DNA of 64,000 bases, from contig NC_057719.1 of assembly GCF_004010195.1 (NCBI RefSeq), positions 39,179,335 to 39,243,334 of the forward strand, written 5' to 3'. Origin of the DNA: Chiloscyllium plagiosum. Taxonomy: Eukaryota. This document shows positions 50,380-62,445 of the stretch, in pieces. A program made the translations under genes and the position numbers. Within the stretch, counting starts at the first letter, position 1. Each line of letters begins with the position of its first letter. The notes beneath the pieces are model-generated. The model made no database searches, was not told the origin of the DNA, and saw only the letters and a list, made by a program, of their open reading frames with translations.

Positions 50380-51870
50380 TGTAACAATCCAACCTCTACA
50401 GTGTTCTGCAGTAAAGAATTCTGCAGATTCACTACCCTCTGCAAGAGAAATTCCTTCTCATCTCAGTCTTATTTGGGAGACCCCTTTCTTTGAGATTATG
50501 CCCGACAACCCACAACATGTGCACCTATTCTGCAAAGTCCCCTAAGAATCTTATATGGATAATTCTTGTCCAAAGATTACCTCTCTTTCTTCTAAACACC
50601 AAAGACTACAGGCCAAACTATTCAACCTCTCCTCATCCTTCCATACCCAAAATAAACTTGGTGAGGTTTTCTAGATTGCTTCTAATAGCAGTTTATCTTT
50701 CATTAGATAAGGGGACCGAAACTATCCACAGTATTCCAGTGTGGTCTAATTAGTGCCTTGTATGGTTTTAGCAAGATTCTCCAACATTTTACTCTAAAAA
50801 TAAAGGAATAAAGGTCAATAGTTCTTTTTCCTTCCCTATTTTCTGCTGAAATTACAAGATAGTTTTTTGTGATTTATACATGAGGATTTTCAAATAGCCT
50901 CTGTAATATTGTTTTCTGTGGTCTTTCTCCATTTAAATATCGTGCAGCTCCTTTATTCTTCCTGCTAAAGTGCATAACCTCACGTTTTCCTCATATCTCT
51001 TCTTCCTCAGGCAGCTGGGGAAATTTGGCATTACGGCAAATACCCTTGCCAACTTTTATAGGTGTGCCATCGAGAGCATTCTATCTGGATGCATCACCAC
51101 CTGGTACAGCACCTGTACCATTCAAGATCAGAGACGGTTACAGAGAATGGTGAACTCAGCCTGGACAATCACAAAGGCCAACCTCCCATCTATAGAATCC
51201 ATCTACCAGGCCCACTGTCAAGGAAAGGCCGCCAGCATTCTCAAAGATCCAGCCCACCCTGACAATGTTTTTCTACAACCTCTACCATCGGGGAGAAGGT
51301 ACAGAAGCCTGAACGCATGCACCAGCCGGTTTCGAAACAGTTTCTACCCTACTGTTGTTAGAATACTGAATGGACTCACAAACTCTTAACATTTGCCTGT
51401 ACCTGTGTTTTTTGTTTTTGCCACTGTTTACCTATTATTTACTATCTATGCTACTTAACCATGTGATCTGCCTGTATTGCTTGCAAGACAAAGCTTTTCA
51501 CTGTGCCTCACGCATGACAATAAATTCAATTCAATTCAATTCCCACACTATATTTCATCTGCACACTTGCTTCACCCGTTTATATTCCACCTGCAGATGT
51601 TTTGTGTCATCCTCAACACTTTCTTTCCCATCTGCTTTTGTGTCATTTGCAAACTTGGCTACAGTACATTCAGTTTGCTCATCCAGGTCATTAATATGTT
51701 TCCGTATTGTAAACATTTGTCGCACCATCACTGATCCTGTGGCACTCCACTAGTTTCAGGTTTCCATGATGCACATAGCTGATGCCGACCCATACTAATA
51801 AACCACCTGCAGAACCATGGAGTCCCACATTACTAAGTAGCCTAATGTGTGGTGCCTTATCAAATCAGAT
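50380..51870 (-). mobile_element. Old CR1 fragment split by a Rex1/Babar insertion
   Basis: Minus strand YKALIRPHWNTV and FANDTK motifs on either side of the insertion. Confidence 0.7.
50995..51542 (+). mobile_element. 5'-truncated Rex1/Babar-type LINE 3' end
   Basis: Open frame LFFLRQLGKFGI...FYRCAIESILSGCITTWY...LPSGRRYRSL...RFRNSFYP; ends AATAAA+(ATTCA)n. Confidence 0.88.
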
Positions 51871-51927
51871 GTTCAACAGAAAATTCCAGAAGGTCTTGTA
51901 GCTTCAGCTACCAATGATCTGAGTTTC

Positions 51928-52318
51928 TGTGCCAAGCAGGTTAAGATAAAAGGTAGGGAGGAGGGAGGGGGTTGGAAATGCAATAGGTGGAAGGAGGTTA
52001 AGGTGAGGGTGATAGACTGGAGTGGGGGTGGGGGTGGAGAGGTCAGGAAGAAGATTGCAGGTTAGGAAGGTGGTGCTGATTCAAGGGTTGGGACTGAGAT
52101 AAGGTGGGGGAGGGGAAATGAGGAAACTGGAGAAATCTGAGTTCATCCCTTGTGGTTGGAGGGTTCCTAGGCGGAAGATGAGGAGCTCTCCCTCCAGCCA
52201 TCGTGTTGCTATGGTCTGGCGATGGAGGAGTCCAAGGACCTGCATGTCCTTGGTGGAGTGGGAGGGGGAGTTGAAGTGTTGAGCCATGGAGTGGTTGGGT
52301 TGGTTGGTCCGGGTGTCA
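51928..52318 (-). mobile_element. PLE endonuclease C-terminus plus partial terminal repeat
   Basis: MAQHFNSPSHSTKDMQVLGLL...LIFRLGTLQPQGMNSDFSSF. Confidence 0.85.
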
Positions 52319-53951
52319 ACCATTTGCAAAGGTAATCTGCAAGTGTTGTAACTTCAGAACTGATGAGAGACAAGAATCCTCTCTGAAATTCTTTTCTACC
52401 TACTCAGTCCACATCTATAGCAACCTCAAATGATTGAACTACAGAAGATATCACAGCTGCTGAATTCTGACTTTCACTTTTCAATTCCTTTCATCCTCTG
52501 GAAAACAGAATTTACAAGTAAGTTACAGGCTCACAATGATAAATATCTTTAGTCCTTAAAATCTTATCCAAATTTAATATTTTATTGACTTTTAATCTTT
52601 GTTTTATAAATTATAACTGTTGTACCTTTGCTTCGTAACTTGCTGCACTTGTTACCTTTGGTCTTCTTATGATAAAAAGCTTTATAACTGGTCTTTTTAA
52701 AATTAATACACTCAAAAATTAAAAGAAGAGCGAAGTGAGCTACATAAATTCAAAAAGAAACTGTGAACTGACCACTCTGAGACTACCGCTACTTAGGGAA
52801 GAAGGAATTTTTATAAAACAAACAGCTGCTGAAGCAATTTTTAAATGGAATGTTAAGTCCAGACAGTGGAAAACTCATTAGAAATTGTAACTCTAGTGTT
52901 TATTGATTCATTGGGTCCCAATTTCAGCAGAATCCGAGGGGAGGATGCAATCAAAACACCTCTGTGTTTCTATAAGTTACATGTTCTGAGTATTTGTTAC
53001 ACATTAGACTGGATTTCAATTGAAAGCACTCTTCAGAGACCCAGAATATCCTGTTCATCCTCATTTAGATAAGTTTCATAAGAAATTATTCTTTACACTG
53101 TTCATGGGATATATCAACCTTTGCTGTGGAAACCAGACACACAATAGGTTGCCATTACAATTTAGCTTTATTTAGACATTATTTTACATTTGTGTAAGTA
53201 ACAAGGTGGCACTACAATACCATAGACTCTAAGAGGGATGATTTACCAGGTCTGCGGATGTGGAGGTAATGGCGCAAACAAATGTGGACAAACATTAATC
53301 TTCCTAATGCTGTCCTAACCCCACCTTCTCCTGCTTTTCTGAGAGACTGTTTCTATGTGGTGATGGTAACACATCCAGAGTGAGAAGAGTCCAATTAAAC
53401 CAGTTAAATGGACAATTTATTGCAAACTTTGAACGCAATGAATTTTTAATGGCACATCACATGGGCCCCATGGTATTTCAGAACTTCAGTACTCAGAGAC
53501 CACAGTTGGATGCTAAAGCAAAATGAAAGTAAGATGCAATCTGACCATTTAATGGCCCATAGCAAGTCCAGGGTAGTCACAGGAAGAGGCTTGGTCACAG
53601 CAAGAGACTGCAAAAGTAAGTGGTGCCAAGATGTTTTGGGTGTTCTGAGTAAATGAATACAAGACAAAGAGGTCATGCAGGGTTAACAGAGTGGGGAGAC
53701 TGGGTAGGTGAGGGTGAGTGAGGGAAAATGGTGACCTAGTGAGTTTTCTTGCACTATCATCCCAACCTCACCTCATTAACTGAGTTACACTCCTATGGTA
53801 TGCCTCTTGTCCAATGCTAAACTGATTCTCTCACCTACTGCAGTCAAGAATACTCACCACTGCTGGGACATCCTGGGGATCCTGGCACCAGCATCATCAT
53901 TGTGCACCTGGTCAAGCCCTGGCATCACAGTTTGTGACATTCACCCTGGGC

Positions 53952-54110
53952 ATGGAAGATATGAGGAAATTAGCACGTTGTTCTGCGGACAGGGATCTTG
54001 AGATCCTGATGGATGGGATGGTCTTGCCTCAGGACTGGCAGAAGCCATGTCACCAGACAACACCAGCCTTATCCGAGGTTGCCAGCCTACTCCAAGTTTG
54101 CCACCTGGTC
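53952..54110 (+). pseudogene. Harbinger/PIF-type Myb/SANT-like ORF remnant
   Basis: MEDMRKLARCSADRDLEILMDGMVLPQDWQKPCHQTTPALSEVA resembles the APRFSDxDLExLLDxV...LFP.DG.KP...T..AW.EVA pattern. Confidence 0.55.
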
Positions 54111-57100
54111 AGTATGGTCTCAACAGTTTGGAATATCATAGACCTTTCCTCTCCTGTGCTAGTGCCACCATTTTCTTTCAGCTACCTCACTCTGATTCTC
54201 TCTCTGCTACTAATCCTACCTCTTGCCAAGGTTCATGCCCATCTCACTGTTTCATGCATGAAAATCATCATGAAAATCAACAAAAATTACACTTAACCGA
54301 TTTCTGGTAAGATTCATACTTTTGTGTTCCCAACCAATCAATTAGACCTTTGCTCATTCTTTGGCACAAAACCAACATACAGTGGTGGTCTCTGCTCCTG
54401 GCATGTTTGCCTGACCATTTTTTGTCTTGATGGCCATTGATTCTTCTCAACCAAATGAAACAAATTTCTAATGCTCCCTTCATAGCTGCTCTCAATAGAT
54501 TCTATCATAAAGCCCTATAAAATCTTCTAACATTTGTCCCTTGCTTAATTGCTCAACAATATTTCTTTGAGCTATGGTTCCATATCAGTCTCTGACTGAT
54601 ATCTCCTTGAACATTCATGGTATAACTGGCTGCCTCTTGGTCAGTTTGATCATTATTGTAACTAGTTTAACTCTTTCCACCAGATTTTTCTTTTAATTTT
54701 CACATGTACTGCAGTACAGAAATACAGGAGTACTGTGAAAAGTCTCCAGATCCCAATTCTGCAGTGCCGTCTTAAAAATACAATATTTTTAATTCAGAAT
54801 TTTAAAAAGGCAGGAGAAAAACATAAAAGAAACAGAGACAAAAGGAAAAAAAAACTTCAGATCTTAAAGTTCTTGTCCAAAAGAAAAGGAGAAACTCCAG
54901 ACTTTAAAGTCTTATCACCCTGTGATTTGAATAAGTTTACCACCAGGTCAACAATTCATGTTTTCTATGTTTCTCTGCTCATGGATAAGATCTTGATTGT
55001 GAACCATATATACATTCTCTGCCATCTTATACCTCTTGTGAAGCAGAGTTGCTTGTAGCATACAGTGCCTTTATTCTTACGAACTAGCTGCATTCTGCTG
55101 CTCTACTGTGATAAGTCTGATATCGGGGTTAGGATTCCTGTAGCACTTCAATGTTGCTTTACTCCTATTGTTTTTAAGGACTCTCTTGTCCCTACCCCTG
55201 GATCAAGAGGCCTGGATTCAAGTCCCACATGCTCCACAAGTGTGTAATAGCATCTCTGATTAGGTTAAAGGTTTTTAATCCTGCAGTATATCAAAGCTAC
55301 TTTATTCTCTTTACCTGATGAGCTTTTAAGTCTGCTGCATGGCAATACTATTTTACTTTCCTTGTCTTTCTAACTGTGCAGCATAACAATTCCATTTCCC
55401 TGTGCTGCTGACTGAAATGTTTTCTCATGATTTTTCAGCCAAAGTAAAGGGTTCCCCGCCAACTGTGGCTAAAGGTAGGTTTACCCGCCTTTGTAACTTA
55501 ATAAATAATTCTTGTTCTTTTCTCTGACTAAAATTCTGCTGCTTAAAGCAATACAGATGAAGCCTGTGGCCTTAGTAGTTCATTGTAGATACAATGACTA
55601 TGTCCGCAGCTTATCTAGTAATGCTTTTGCCTTACAACTTTAATAGATGCCTAGATACAGCTGCTACAAATTAATACTTGCTGCTACAGCATTAAAAAAT
55701 GTTTCTTTAACATGAACTCTGGCTTCAATTACAGATCTCACACTCTTCCTGCAGCCACAACAATTCCTTACTTTCTCCATCTGTTAGATTCTGTCTGCTG
55801 AGGCTTCTAAATTGTCTCTTTTTATTGCAGGTGGCAACTGAATTAACTGATCACAGGTCTGCCAGCCCAATCAGAGCATTGACATCTCTGATTCCTCACC
55901 AGCACCAACAGAAGAGGAAGCTGTTGCTGAGGAATGCAGGAGCATTCCCTATAGCAGGTAAATAAGAAGTAAACATTAGACTCACATGTCAGAGAGGAAA
56001 GCCTTCTGAGGAAATTGTTGGGGCTATGGAGACTGCCTGTCCTGCCTGCAGCCCTTTCTTTATTTTCATAGATTGACTTACTTTTTGCCCGGAGTTGCTG
56101 GGAGGCTGATCCTGTTTATCTAACATCCTCCCCTTGGGGTTCAAGGTTGGGTATTACCCTGCTATCCTCAAAATGGCACCCATAAAATGGCCTTTAATGA
56201 CGGAAGTTGGCAGCCTGCATTTCTGACTAGGCTTATGTCAATGAAATATCCCAGGGTTAGGTGAGAGAGTCAATTTCTCCAAGACTTTATTAAGCTTTCC
56301 AGGGCCTCCCAGCCCACCTCCCAGAGACAAGTAAGCCTTGCCCCATGGCTCCTTCCTATCAGCAAGTATTTAAATGCTGTTTCTACCCTTGGCATATTTT
56401 TCATCTTCTTATTGTTTTTCAATTTACTTCTTGGAAACTGTGTTTAGAATTTCTTTTTCTCTTTTCCAACAGCTGAAAATATTTAAATGGCAATTATTCA
56501 ATAAGGAATCGAGTGCAGACCATATGGAGTGTCCTTGCTGCCAAGTGTCTTCTTCTCAAGTGGCAAGCTTAAAATTCCATTCTATTGACATGTGGTGGCT
56601 TTCAGTCTCTTTTTTTGTCGATTATTTTGAAACCATATCACTGACAACATCCCAGGGTTTCTCATTTCATACAGAATCAACATTGGTGTCCTGCAGCCCT
56701 CAAGTTGAAGGGAGGCCCTCCTGTATCTGCCATACTCTTTGAGTTGTATGAATGTCTGTAAAAATTCTAAAATGAAGCCTCCTAGAACTGTGTCAAAGTT
56801 CCCATGCCAATTGTTAATTAGATGTTTAGACATTAGCTAGATTTTAGAAATATATATTCGGTTTATTTTGCTCTGTTTCCTATTGACTTTCTGACTATTT
56901 TCTGCTATAGAAATTGAATGTATAATAACCATATTATTATATTAAAAGTAATATGCTAATGTTAATTAACATATAACATCTGTTAATGTTATTTAAAATA
57001 TAACAGCATTGAAGTTGGTATCGCTTAGATTCACCAGAATGAGAAAAATATGAGGACAAATTACATCAAATTAGTTGTTATGGTCTTGAGTAAAGGAGAT

Positions 57101-57118
57101 TGAAAGACAGTCTGTAAT

Positions 57119-57435
57119 TAGATTAGATTAGATTACTTACAGTGTGGAAACAGGCCCTTTGGCCCAACAAGTCCACACCGACCCGCCGAAGCGCAACCCA
57201 CCCAGACCCATTCCCCTACATTTTACCCCTTCACCTAACACTACGGGCAATTTAGCATGGCCAATTCACCTGACCTGCACATTTTTGGACTGTGGGAGGA
57301 AACCGGAGTACCCAGAGGAAACCCACGCAGACACAGGAAGAATGTGCAAACTCCACACAGTCAGTCGCCTGAGGCAGGAATTGAACCCGGGTCTCTGGCG
57401 CGGTGAGGCAGCAGTGCTAACCACTGTGCCACCCA
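57119..57435 (-). mobile_element. Young HE1/V-SINE-like element
   Basis: Complete head to tail with (TAATC)n-type tail; near-identical to 14216-14527. Confidence 0.9.
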
Positions 57436-57469
57436 CCTGTGCCAGGCCCCATTGAAATAAAACTAAATT

Positions 57470-58377
57470 GGTCTTTTTGGGACTATACCCATTGGAATTT
57501 AGAAGAATGAGGGGGGTGGGGGGATCTTACAGAAACATAAATTATGGAAGGGATAGATAAGATAGAAGCAGGAAAGTTATTTCCACTGGTGGGTGAAACA
57601 AGGGGTCATAGCCTCAAAATAAGGGGCAGCAGTTTTAGGTTTGAGTTGGAGAGGAATTACTTCACCCAAAGGATTGTGAGTCTCAGAGGGTAATAGTCAT
57701 AGAGATGTACAGCACAGAAACAAACCCCCTCAGTCCAACTCATCCTTGTCGACCAGAAACCCTAAACTAAACTAGTCCCATTTGTCAGCACTGGGTCCCT
57801 CTAAACCCTTCCTATTCATATACCCATCCAGATGCCTTTTAAATATTGTAATTGTACCAGCCTCCACCACTTCTTATGACAGCTCATTCTATACATGGAC
57901 CACTATCTGCTTGAAAAAGTTGCCCCTTTAGGTCTCTTTTAAATCTTTCCCCTCTCACCCTAAACCTAAGCCCTCTAGTTCTGTATTCCCCCAACCTGGG
58001 GAAAGACTTTGTCTATTTACCTATCCATTCCCTTCCCGATTTTATAAACCTCTATGAGGTCACCCCTCAGCCTCTGACACTGGGAAAACAGCCCCAGTCT
58101 GTTCAGCCTCTCCCTATAGCTCAAACCCTCCAACCCTAGCAACATCCTTCTGTGGAATTCCCTGCCCAGCAAAGCAGTTGAGGCTACATTGTGGAATGAT
58201 TTTAAGGCAAAGATCGATACTTTTGTGACCAGTAAAGGAATTAAGGATTATGGTGAGAGGACAGGTAAGTGGACCTGAGGCCACAAGAAGATCAGCCATG
58301 ATTTTATTGGATGGCAGAGTAGGCTCAATGGGCCAGATGGTCTACTCCTGCTCCTAATTCTTATCTTTTTATGTTCT
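57470..58377 (+). mobile_element. CR1 3' fragment containing an antisense CR1 insertion (about 57697-58149)
   Basis: The host ...ttcacccaaaggattgtgagtct resumes as tgtggaattccctgccc after the insert, which matches the 29003-29510 family. Confidence 0.8.
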
Positions 58378-58667
58378 TTGAGCAGCCACATTGTTACAAG
58401 GCCATTTCTCCATCCAATCATTTTAAAATGTAGACATTCCTTTGCTATATGAATTCCTGCAATACATTCTGTGAGAGCACAGCTGTCTATTGGGAATGCA
58501 AAGTTTTGATCGCAACCTTCATGAATATCTGGCCTTAGCCTGGGATGACATGCTGACAGGATACTTGTTCCTATTTGTTAATCCAACAATCCCTCCTAGG
58601 AGGTGTGTTGTGTGAAAAATAGATAAAAACATTATAAAGTTGAGCTATGATTCTCCATAAAATCAAA

Positions 58668-59130
58668 AGATGTTGCCAGGGTTGGAGGAGTTGAGCTATA
58701 GAGAGAGGCTGAACAGGCTGCAGCTGTTTTGCCTGGAGCATCGGAGGCTGAGTGGTGACCTTATAGAGGTTTACAAAATTATGAGGGGCATAGATAGAAT
58801 AAATCGACAAAGTCTTTTCCCTGGGGTCGGGGAGTCCAGAACTGGAAGGTATAGGTTTAGGGTGAGAGGGGAAAGATATAAAAGAGACCTTATGGGCAAC
58901 ATTTTCACGCAGAGGGTGGTATGTGTATGGAATGAGCTGCCAGAGGATGTGGTGAAGGCTGGTACAATTGCATTTAAGAGGCATTTGGATGGTTATATGA
59001 ATAGGAAGGGTTTGGAGGGATATGGGCCGAATGCCGGCAGGTGGGACTAGACTGGGTTGGGATATCTGGTCGGCATGGACGGGTTGGACCGAAGGGACTG
59101 TTTCCATGCTGTACATCTCTATGACTCTCT
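58668..59130 (+). mobile_element. Young 5'-truncated CR1 LINE
   Basis: 126-aa open frame LPGLEELSYRERLNRL...WNELPEDVV...KRHLDGYMN; tail ctctatgactct. Confidence 0.92.
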
Positions 59131-60089
59131 ATAAGGGCTGTCTGCACACTGCAATCTCACCTTAGTCATTGGGAAACAGGAAGACAATGCAAGAGAATGG
59201 CTGATATTAACCATTGACCAAATACATCAACAGGGGGAATAAATTGGAACCACAGCACTAATTGACAATGCAAATTATTGATATTAATCTGTCTGACTTT
59301 CTGATAATTGAGCAAATAAGAAAGTTTGTGAATTATATTTTCCAAAGTTTTGTAGGACTAATTATTAAACATTATCGGTCTTGTAGAATGTAAACAACAA
59401 ATTTCGTGACAGCATGTAGTGACTTGCTATAATTTATCAAGTTATTTCTTCATTTTCCTGGAAATGAGAATTATTTTTACATTTGGAAATTCCCACATAC
59501 CTTGGATATGACTGGGATTTCAAATCTGATAGTTCTATCATGAATGCATTGCAGCACTCCCTTGTGATTCCATTCACACCAAATGGTTGAATCAGAAGAG
59601 CACGGAATAGTTTAGGTCAGAATGGAAACTATTCAGAGAGAGACCAGCAGAAATGATCTATTTGGAATACAGCCTATTCTATTCTAAAAATTGTTGACAC
59701 ATTCCTCTTATGCATGGAGCCATTTCTTGGGACATTCCAAATACTGTAAACTAAACTGACTTACTTTAAGCAGCTTCAGGATCCAAGGAAGCTTTGTAGG
59801 ATTGTTTTTTACTGATGCTTCCTATTGCTGTCAGTCAATGGAAAATGCCGGCAATCATGCGAAGGTGACACCTGCAGGCAGCTTTGCTGTTTAGCACTTA
59901 CACAGGAACCTTATGATACATGTGAATAATTCAAGTAAGTAATGTTCTTTACTTGGTCTTAGTGCACTTACAACAGCATCAATATTTTGTATTTATTTAT
60001 TAATATTAACACGGGGAAGTATGAACAACTAAACTACAAGATTACAGGTAACTAATGATTTGGAAAAATGGAGCAATTAGAATTAGGGA

Positions 60090-60670
60090 TAAGAATGTAA
60101 CAGAGCCTATGGGAGATCATTAGGCTGCTGGATGCCACTCTGCCATTCAGAATGAGCATAGCTCATCTTCAGCCTCAAATTCACTTTCCTCCCCACTTCC
60201 AAACCCTTTTATTCCCTAGGAGATCAACGCTTTATCCCAACCTTGAAAATACTTGATCATTGAGCATCCACAAACCTCTGAGATAGAGAATTCCAAAGAT
60301 GCACAACCTTCTGAATGAAGAAATTTCTCCTAATCTCAGAACCAAGTAATCAACCACTTATCTTGATTCTGTGCTTCTGTGTTCTAGATCAACTAGTCAG
60401 CTATTAAATTCTCAATGCCTACCCTCTCAAACAGGTTAGAATCTTAGATATTTCAGTGAAATCCCCTTTCATTCTTTTAATCTGCATAAAGGGAGTCTGT
60501 ATTCTCAGCCTCATCATCTAACAACACTATCATTCCAGGACCCAGTCTCATGAAACTTAGTTGTACTGAACTCCAAAGCAAGTATATAATTCCTAATGTA
60601 TGGAGAATGAGACTGTGCATGGTACTCCAGGTGTGTTTTGCCTAAAGCCCTGCAGCAACTGTAACAAGAT
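60090..60670 (-). mobile_element. Old CR1 3' fragment
   Basis: Minus strand RALGKTHLEYHAQ...SPYIR and downstream WNSL-type motif. Confidence 0.65.
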
Positions 60671-62313
60671 ATAGTGAAAGACAGAGGAAAGGAAAACATC
60701 TTGAAGTCACAAACATGTCATGGACGAAACATATACTTTTGCAAAATATCTTCACTTACACTATTAAAATGCCTGCTGTAGTGTAATTTTCACTGTTGAA
60801 CCTGGTGAAGTCACATCATGTGAGAGATATGCAGCCTCTTCAGGCATCCAATGTATGAAAGAAGTTGTAATGGCCAATCATTGCTTATCTCTCACAAGCA
60901 ACTTACTTTTTGACTATAGACAGCTTCACGAATCCTGGTACCATGTCATTGCTGATTGCAACCAAGGTATTATGAGGACAGCACTGAGGCTAGACACAAT
61001 GTACAGGGATTGTGCTAGAGATTAGTGGACATGCATCATCCCACACTGTGAGTGAGGGTATGGAATCTGTGATTACTCATCTAAGGACTACACATTTTGT
61101 ACTTGGAAATAAAAATGAGGAAATTGAAGTTTGGATTTTCAGTTGTTTTCTTTCACAATTCAAAGGAAAAATGGAACTGTGTGACGGGCTTTTGCTGAAA
61201 TTGATTTTGATATTTTTGTGGGACACTGCAGCATCAGGGTTCTTTGGGAAAAAGAAGTAAAACTGCCCAGAAACAAATTAGATGTAAGTGGCAATTTGAC
61301 ACAGAACTGTGAGGAGACAGAGCACTTGAAACTCAGACCTTTGCGCCTGCCAGTAAATAACGTCACTCTCTCTCGCTCTCTTTCACTGTGAGTGGAAAAG
61401 TAATTACACTCAAAGATTACACAAAAAGAAAGAAAACTTCCGACTGAAGTTGAGACCTAGGGATCCAACTGTCTGACTGTAGATCAATGCAGTCAAAAAC
61501 AACGTGATATCATTGCTTTAAAAAAAAATTGCAAGAATGTCATCTTATTTCCCCTTTTGGATTAGACTCTGACTTAACTGACTTTGTACCTTTTTGCCTA
61601 GATCTTTCCTGTCTATGATATTCCTAAAAAGATTGTTTTTCTCTTTGTCTTGTCCATCCTGAATGAGCATGTATGGATTTAAAAAGTACATTGTTTACGT
61701 TTGCATATTAGCAATTAGTAACTTATTTTATCATAGATGGTGGTGACAGTCAGGCATTACCTTTCCTAGATATTAAATTGATCATTTTCATACATGAAAA
61801 CTCATGGAATAGTGGGACTTGATTTCCTGAACCTTATTCATTTTAGAGTTGTGATATTTCATACACAAATATGATTAGAACAAAAAACCTAGAATTCAGT
61901 TTGATTGCTTATGGGTGGTATTACAGAATCACTGGATAAATAGTTAATACAATTGGTCCTGCCAGGTTTTTACCTGCAAAGAATACTCTGCCTCCAAAGA
62001 GAAAAGAGTAACTTATTCCATCCACTCTGGATGTGTTGGCAGCTAATTTGTCTCCTTATTGCACTGCTGTGCTTGGGAAAATGATGGCAGTTTGAGTTCC
62101 GTGTCCTCATTGTTGAGTTGCAGGTTCTGCCTGAGACTATCGATGACTTGCCCCCAATTCTTTATGCTTCCTTTTATGTTACTGTCCCTGCTTCCATGGT
62201 AACCTTTCAACCTCCTCTAGTCTCTTGTCAACACCTTTACATTGCTGTTGATGTCTCCAATTTATACCATAAGCCTCTGATATTGAGAGTTTCCATGACT
62301 ACTTTGGCTATAT

Positions 62314-62445
62314 GGCAAAAACAAGGACTGCAGATGCTGGAAACCAGATTCTGGATTAGTGGTGCTGGAAGAGCACAGCAGTTCAGGCAGCATCCAAGGA
62401 GTTCGAAATCGACGTTTTGGGCAAAAGCCCTTCATCAGGAATATG
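62314..62445 (-). mobile_element. Short PLE terminal-repeat insertion with 12-bp TSD
   Basis: TSD ctttggctatat at 62302-62313 and 62446-62457; minus strand CTGATGA-A-GGGC-TTTT-GCCC-AAAA-CG-TC. Confidence 0.8.

Noticed and set aside
61300..61400. Possible promoter or first exon of a downstream gene (ACGTCA, GAAA-rich motifs, gtgagt donor at 61388)
   Set aside because: Short motifs are expected by chance, with no CpG island or linked coding exon in the window.
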